Below are positions 56,501 to 64,000 of a DNA stretch of 64,000 nucleotides, in pieces. The translations under genes and the position numbers were made by a program. The notes beneath the pieces are model-generated. The model had not been told where the DNA came from and did no database searches. It saw only the letters and a list, made by a program, of their open reading frames with translations. This DNA comes from Dictyostelium discoideum (Eukaryota): assembly GCA_000004695.1 (NCBI GenBank), contig CM000150.2, forward strand, positions 2,976,001-3,040,000, read 5' to 3'. Position 1 is the first letter of the stretch. The number at the start of each line of letters is the position of its first letter.

Positions 56501-58180
56501 ATTACTGGTTATGTAGAACAAATGGATGTCCACAATCCAGGTTTAACAGTTAGAGAAGCATTACGTTTCTCTGCAAAATTACGTCAAGAACCAGAGGTAT
56601 CATTAGAAGAGAAATTTAAATATGTTGAACATGTTTTAGAAATGATGGAAATGAAACATTTAGGTGATGCATTAATTGGTACATTAGAAACTGGTGTTGG
56701 TATTTCAGTTGAAGAAAGAAAAAGATTAACAATTGGTGTTGAATTGGTTGCAAAACCACAAATTCTTTTCCTTGATGAACCAACATCTGGTTTAGATGCT
56801 CAATCATCATATAATATCATTAAATTTATTCGTAAATTAGCAGATGCAGGTATGCCATTAGTTTGTACAATTCATCAACCATCATCAGTATTATTTGAAC
56901 ATTTTGATCGTATTCTTTTATTAGCTAAAGGTGGTAAAACAGTATATTTCGGTGATATTGGTGAAAAATCAAAAACTTTAACATCATACTTTGAACGTCA
57001 TGGTGTTCGTCCATGTACTGAGAGTGAAAATCCAGCAGAATATATTTTAGAAGCAACTGGTGCAGGTGTTCATGGTAAGTCTGATGTTAATTGGCCAGAA
57101 GCTTGGAAACAATCACCAGAGTTAGCCGATATTTCAAGGGAATTAGCAGCATTAAAAGAACAAGGTGCACAACAATATAAACCAAGAAGTGATGGACCAG
57201 CAAGAGAATTCTCACAATCAACATGGTATCAAACTAAAGAAGTTTATAAACGTTTAAATTTAATTTGGTGGAGAGATCCATACTATACATATGGTTCATT
57301 CGTTCAAGCTGCACTATGTGGTTTAATTATTGGTTTTACATTTTGGAATCTTCAAGGTTCAAGTAGTGATATGAATCAAAGAATTTTCTTTATTTTCGAA
57401 GCACTCATGTTAGGTATCTTATTGATTTTCGTTGTAATGCCACAATTAATTATCCAACGTGAATACTTTAAGAGAGATTTTGCCAGTAAATTCTATTCAT
57501 GGTTCCCATTTGCAATTTCAATTGTTGTTGTAGAATTACCGTTCATTGTTATTTCAGGTACAATCTTCTTCTTTTGTTCATTCTGGACTGCAGGATTACA
57601 TAAAACTAGTGACGATGAACAAACCTTTTATTTCTGGTTCATTTTCATTATCTTTATGTTTTTCTGTGTTTCTTTCGGTCAAGCAGTAGCAGCAGTTTGT
57701 ATCAATATGTTCTTTGCAATGACATTGATTCCATTGTTAATTGTTTTCCTATTTCTTTTCTGTGGAGTGATGGTCCCCCCATCATCAATTCCAACCTTTT
57801 GGAGAGGATGGGTGTATCATTTAAACCCATGTCGTTACTTTATGGAAGGTATTATCACAAATATTTTAAAAACTGTCCGTGTCGAGTGCTCTGAAGAAGA
57901 TATGGCCATTTTTACATTCCCAAAGAGTTATAATACTTGTCAAAACTATACTAGTGCTTTTCAATCATATAAACCATCCGGCTATGTTGAGAGTGCTACA
58001 TTAAATGGGGAACCAGCATGTGGTTATTGTATCTATAAAAATGGTGAAGAATATTACGAAACACTTGGTTGGTCAGCTGATAATCGTTGGAGAAATGTTG
58101 GTATTATCATTGGTTTCTTTGTTTTCAATATTTTAATGGTTATCCTATTTGTTTACTTAACTAGAAAAGGAAGTAGATAA
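53557..58180 (+). CDS. Full-size ABC transporter, G family, PDR type, copy 2 (tandem paralog of 26229..30724); join(53557..53948,54171..54564,54638..58180), 1442 aa
   Basis: Identical exon/intron architecture and exon lengths for exons 2 and 3 (394 and 3543 nt). All motifs are as in copy 1. Exon 3 is about 97% identical to copy 1; exon 1 is about 70% identical. Confidence 0.9.
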
Positions 58181-58841
58181 ATAATTTAATAAAAAAAAAA
58201 AAAATTAAAAAAAAAAAAAAATTAAATAAAATTAAAAAAAAAAAAACTATATATATAATTATTTATAAAGTAAATTATAAAAAGAAAATAATTAATTCTT
58301 AAATATATTAAAATTTGATTTATAATAAAAAAAAGTAAAGAGAAAATTGTTTAAAAAAAATAATAATAAAATTTTTATGAGTATACCACTTCCGTTACAA
58401 TCTTTGTTAAATGTAATTGGTTTTTTATGAAATAAAATGGATTCAACTTAAAAATCATTCAACTTTTAAAGAATGCACAAAAAAAAAAAAAAAAAACTAT
58501 CTCTAAAAAAAAAGCAGTCGTGACCCAAAAGTAAATTAATATTTTTGGAGGCAAAAAAACCCATTAAAAAAGTTGGAGCAATGACTAATAAACAGCATTT
58601 GGCTCAAATTGCCTGGTAATACCTTAAAATTTTAATATCTATTGATTAATTTTCAATTTTTTTTTTCATTTTTACATATTATCTGTCATATCCCATGCAC
58701 GTTAAGTTGAATTTAAAAATAAATGAAAAAAAAAAAAGAAATAAAGATTGAATTATTTACAAGGTGTTATATAATTTTTTTTTTATATTTTTTTTTTTAA
58801 CAAAAATTTTGTTTTTTAAATATTTGTTTTTATTTGTTTGT

Positions 58842-58879
<38 letters not shown>

Positions 58880-58893
58880 ATATATTTTATAAT

Positions 58894-61800
58894 TTAACAT
58901 TCTATACAACATACACGACACATACTTGTGTAACAACCACACATACCACCCAAGATTAAAACGGTTGAATTTTCATTCTTCTTTTTATAAGCAAAAAATG
59001 GATTAAATTCGAAAATGAATAAACTTGCTCCAGTTTTAACACGAATCCAACGATAAAAGAATCTAAATTGAGAGTTTGAATTTCTAGCAGAAAAGTAAAC
59101 AATACCCAATAAAGCCCAAAATCTTTCCAATCCAGTGGATTCAATTGACCAATATCTAAAGATTGGCATAAAGTGAACTGTTTTATTTTGACCATCATTA
59201 TAGGCAAGGAACAAACTAATGGGTTTACGAATGTGATGAGTTTTTTCACTTTCTGGAATACCTTGATTAACATTTGAATTATGATAGAGTGATTTTTTGG
59301 TAGCACCAATCCATAGTAAACCGAATTGAACATACTCTTCAATCTTTGATAACCAAAGGAAAAGGAAAATATGGAAATGAGAGAATTGATTCTTTGACCA
59401 ATAAGAGATGAATGCAACCTTTGGATGAGCAATCCAAAACATTGATAAAACCAAACCATTCTCTATTGAATTTCTAAAGTAAAGTATTAAGAACACAAAT
59501 ATTTTACTATAATCTGGTGTGAATTTCGATAAGATAAAAGCTGCTTTTGGATGGAATAAATAAATAAAACTAACCAATTTCTTTTCATTTTCTCTCTTGA
59601 AAAAGTAAAGCAATAAAATATAGAAACGTTTGAAATCATTACTACTACTCCAATAATCAATGAAACCAAACTTCCTAACAATGAATAAAATTGATAAATG
59701 ATAATCGGTTGTATCTTTCTTTCTCCAGAATAATGGGAATAAACAAACAATACTCTTTCCATCATGGTGTCTATCATAACGGAAAAAGGCAATCTTTGGA
59801 TGAGCGATCCAAATAAAACTGAAAAGGTTGCGATATGCTGATTGAACTTCTTTAGTATCATTATTGGTAATTCTATAATACAATGGTACAAATCTATGTG
59901 TAATAACTTTACCAATACGATTATAATTAAATAATGATACAATTGGTGAAACAAACCAGAATAAACTGAAAATCTTGATACCATCACCCAATTTAGAATG
60001 TAGATAATAGAATAGTGGTAAGAAATACACAGAGAATTTATATGAACTCTTACGTAGATTAAAAAGTCCAAAGTTTGGTACTATATAAATGATACTTAAT
60101 GCCATTGAACTAACTGTAACACGAGTTGAACTACGTTTTCTAGAATGTGCACTAGAGGTGGAATTTTCATCAACAACAGGTTTTGAAGAATCTGGTATTG
60201 AACGATACCAAAATATTGGAAACATTCTAATGATTGAAGAAAATGGTGAAATTTCATAAAGGAAACAACTAACCAATGGATGGAAGAACCAAATGATTGC
60301 ACAAGTAGTTGCAGAAACATCAAATTTATAATATACTAGCATGAAAATGTACCATAGATTTTCAGTTGATTGTTTACTCTTATAAAAGAATGAAATGAAT
60401 GGTTTGAAAAACCAAAGTAATGCAAAATGATTATAATCTGAAATTCTTTCTGATTTCTTATGGAATACTGGCCAAAAATAAGTTTTCTTTGTATCTGAAA
60501 CTATATCTAATTTTTGAATGGTTGAAACATCTACTTCTCTATCGGTTGGACGACTTTCATTTAAAACCATTTGATCAATTGATTCTGCAATACTTTGGGT
60601 TTTAGAGATTGAACGTTTAATAACTTTTTTATGACAAAACAAAGTTAAATGAGTAGTAACAAACCAAATTATAGAGATTCTAGTTAAATCTTTCAAAGTT
60701 GATGTTATTTTATCATATGCCAATAACAAAGCAATACGAAGATGTTTACTATTTTCAACTTTATTATTCCAATATACCCAAAGTGGTACGAACCCAGTGA
60801 TTGAATACTTTTCACTATTATGTTTAAAGAAGAGTAGGATATTCATTGTGAAATTTTCACTAAAATCACGATAGGTATGACGATACAAGAACCAACAGAA
60901 CCATTTCAAATGATCTAAACCTTTAATTTGATGTGAATAGAATGGGAAGAGATAACGATTTTCAACATTACTAGCCTCTCTATGATAGTGAATATAATAA
61001 GGTGGTAAGAAAGCTGGTGAAGCAAAAGTAAACATATATTCTGCTGAATCTCTGAAATAATAGAATGGAAGTATCAATGTATTTCTTTGAGGTCTTGTAT
61101 CTTTGTCAGTAATGAATCTCCAAAATAATGGCATAATTAAAAGCATTTCATTGTAATCATTCTTTGATTTCCAAAAGAATGGCAACAATCTTATTGAATG
61201 ACTATTATCAGTACCATTTGATTCATAATGGAATAGAGGGAATAAGAAATCCACACTAAATAATTTACTCTCATCTTTACCCAATTTAATACGGAATATT
61301 GGGAAAAGGAAATAACGATTAACCTTTGAACCTCTATAAGATTTACCATAGAATGGGAAATAGTAGGTAAAGAGTTCATTCTTTGATGCATCTTGAGTTC
61401 TAAAAAAGAATGGGAACAATGTTTGGAATTTAAATATTGATTTACGATAATAAATATACATTGGTAGTACCAATATCATTAAATGAGTTTCACCTTTATG
61501 AACATCAATAAATATTGGAGCTATTAATCTGAATGAATTTGTTAAATTTCTATAATAATAATACAATGGTGATAAAATGATATCTCTATCTTCAGTATGT
61601 TTTTGATAGAAAATTGGTATAATTAATCTCTTTAAATAAGTTCCCATTTTTCTTTGATAATAAATTGGTGAAAGGAAATAACTATCAATATCAACTAATG
61701 ACCATTTCATTATAAATAAAGGAATTAGGAAGAATCTACTATCATTACCACTATTAATATAAAATGCTAATGGTAATAATGATCTAAATATAAAACTATA

Positions 61801-63320
61801 TTGTTCTAAAATTTCTTCATTGTTTGATTTCTTTTCTTCTTCTTCTTCTTCTTCTTCTTCTTCTTCTTCTTCTTTATTATTATTACTACCAATATCATTA
61901 TTAATAATATTATCTTCATTTCCACTACCTAATGTTTTCATTTCTTGAATTAAATCTGATTCTTTTTCTAAATGTATTTTATTTGATGATGATGATAATT
62001 CTAAATTATCTGATGGTTTTTCTAAATCTACGGTTGTTGTTGTTGGAGGTGGTAATGGAGATATTTCTAAATTATCTGAAGGTTTTTCTAAATTTATATT
62101 ATCATTGACTGGAATATTCCTTGGATAACTAATTTCAAAACCCTTCATTTTAATATTTTTCATTGAAGCTTGAATTTTTTTGAAATACCACATATATAAT
62201 AGGATATGACCTTTATTATAGTATAAAGAATTACTATAGGCAAAGAATGGGAAGAAACCATATCTAAGTCTACCAGATTCTTTATTTCTATAATAGTGAA
62301 TGAATCTATAAAAGAAATGGTTATAAACCCATTCACCATGATCATAGGTATTGAATTGAATGAGTGGATAAATGAAATAAATACTATGACCATGTTGTTT
62401 CCATGATCTTCTATAACCAATTAATGGCCAAACATGAACAAAGTAAGAACTACCTTTTTTCATTCTATACCAAAATATTGGCAAAACAATATGCCACCAT
62501 TTCGATTCATTTCCTTTGTATGTATATAATAAAGCTATATTTATAAATTTATTACTGTCACCCGATGATTTATAAAACAATGCCAACGGTATGAAATGTA
62601 ATTTGAAATAGTTTGAAATTTTTCTATAATAATAAAAGAAGCAAATCGATAGAAATACATTACTTGATCTTCTCATGTACAATACAATCGGTATGAAATT
62701 AAATGTGGTATTATTCGATGACCAACTACTCCAAAGGAATGGAAATATTACAAATCTTTTGAAACTACTTGATTTTGAGAAATAGAATAGTAGTGCCACA
62801 TTCACTCTTAGCCGTTTACCAATTCTATTATGATAGATAAAGAATGGTAAAATCATAAATGAGAATAAATCACCTTGATATGACATTATATTAATAAACA
62901 ATGCAATGTTTAATGTAAATCCACTACCTTGTTTGTATTTCAATAAACCAACTGGTATCAATAAATAAGTCCATCTGTCATTTTTCTTGGTTACCCATAA
63001 AATTGGAAATATGGTCCAAAATACATCACCACGATAATATCTATACCAAATGAATGGCGCCACTGTAAACCAAACATCTTCACCATCATCCTTTGAAAAT
63101 ATATTAATTATACCAGCTATTGATAATTTAAATTTACCTTTTCCAGATATAATCCATAATAATGGTCTAATACCAAATCTAAACTCTTCACTATTATATT
63201 CAATATGAATTATTGGCCAAAAGAAATCAATAAATTGACGATCATCTTTTTCTTTATATGTTAAACGAAATAAAATATAAAGTAACGCTAATAATTTTGT
63301 ACCTGCTTTTTCAGTCCTAT

Positions 63321-63357
<37 letters not shown>

Positions 63358-63544
63358 AAAATAATAATTAATAATTTAGAAAAAAAAAAAAAAAAACCTC
63401 AAAAGAGATTTCTATTAATCATACTTACCAAACAAAGAAAGGCCATAGAATATGTAATATTGTTGAAACTTCTCTATAGTTTTCTTTGGTTTTGTAATAA
63501 ACAAATGGCCATGCTGGAATATAATCACAATTCACTCTGACCAT
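58894..63544 (-). CDS. Very large aromatic-rich tandem-repeat protein, about 1512 aa; complement(join(58894..63316,63429..63544)). It has at least 60 copies of a roughly 17-aa unit (hydrophobic run-P-[LIF]-[FWY]-[FWY]-basic/polar), a central acidic insert (E13) and a Cys-rich C-terminus CGCYTSMCRVCCIEC
   Basis: The 4.2 kb track ORF extends upstream, in frame, to an aataatag acceptor at 63317. A 116-nt first exon, ATGGTCAGAGTG..TTTGTTTG|gtaagt (ATG 63544), joins in phase 2 (TG|G gives Trp). Repeats include RFFLIPLFIMKW, YFLSPIYYQRK, RLIIPIFYQKH, IILSPLYYYYRN, FLFPLFHYESNG, IRLLPFFWKSKND, WIAHPKIAFFRY and LFPLFWRKKD. I recognise no homolog. Confidence 0.65.
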
Positions 63545-63771
63545 TGTTTTTTTTTTTATTTTTAAAAATAAAAAATAAAATACACTATATATTTAAAAAA
63601 AAAAAAAAAAAAAAAAAGAAAACTAATAATAGGATTAATATAAATAAATAGTGATGATAAATAGGATAATAGGATAAATGTTTATATAAATTAAAAATTA
63701 AAAAAAAAAAAAAAAAAAAAAAGGATTAATTTAAATTTTGTATTTATGATTTTTTATTTAATAATAAAAAT

Positions 63772-63805
<34 letters not shown>

Positions 63806-64000
63806 CATATTTTAACATAAGAACAGATCAAAAAAAAAAAAAAAAAAAAAAAAAAGAAAAAAACAAATAAAAAGAATAACCCCCTATCTGGATTTTTTTT
63901 TTTTTTTTTTTTTAAATATTTTTATTTAGATCTTTATTTTTAAAAAGTGTGGTGTGGGGTTTCTTTGGATATTAAGAAAAAAAATAATAAATAAAAAAAA

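Noticed and set aside
58956-60323. Three minus-strand ORFs (75-194 aa) nested in the giant repeat gene
   Set aside because: They lie in other frames of the same strand inside the long exon and give hydrophobic nonsense. The 4.4 kb frame is continuous and repeat-structured.

Overview
This window is AT-rich (about 75-80% A+T) eukaryotic nuclear DNA with the hallmarks of Dictyostelium discoideum: very long homopolymer A/T tracts between genes, short AT-rich GT..AG introns, and poly-Asn/poly-Gln coding microsatellites. It is not prokaryotic; no operons, RBS or CRISPR apply. I can support about 24 protein-coding genes, most with one to four short introns. They are SNW/SKIP (snwA), a SET-domain H3K9 methyltransferase (suvA-like, 1534 aa), a long-chain fatty-acyl-CoA synthetase (fcsA-like, 667 aa), two tandem full-size ABCG/PDR transporters, a Rac GTPase, a syntaxin, MED7, RabGGTase alpha, a Cyc8/Ssn6-like poly-Q TPR corepressor, Ipi1/TEX10, mitochondrial FabD/MCAT, a GT14 glycosyltransferase, an EEP-family nuclease/phosphatase, a Sam50/Omp85-like gene, an LSM protein, an EF-hand protein, and several lineage-specific genes. 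RNA genes are one tRNA-Glu(UUC) with a downstream external B box, and one Class I small ncRNA with a DUSE element. The most unusual items are a 1512-aa protein made almost entirely of about 17-aa aromatic repeats, a tandem pair of two-exon TM/(QPQF)n genes, the Class I RNA, the tandem ABCG pair with mosaic identity, and a 4.3 kb gene-free interval. Splice junctions were worked out by hand and frame-checked against the ORF track where possible; unanchored junctions may be off by 1-2 nt.
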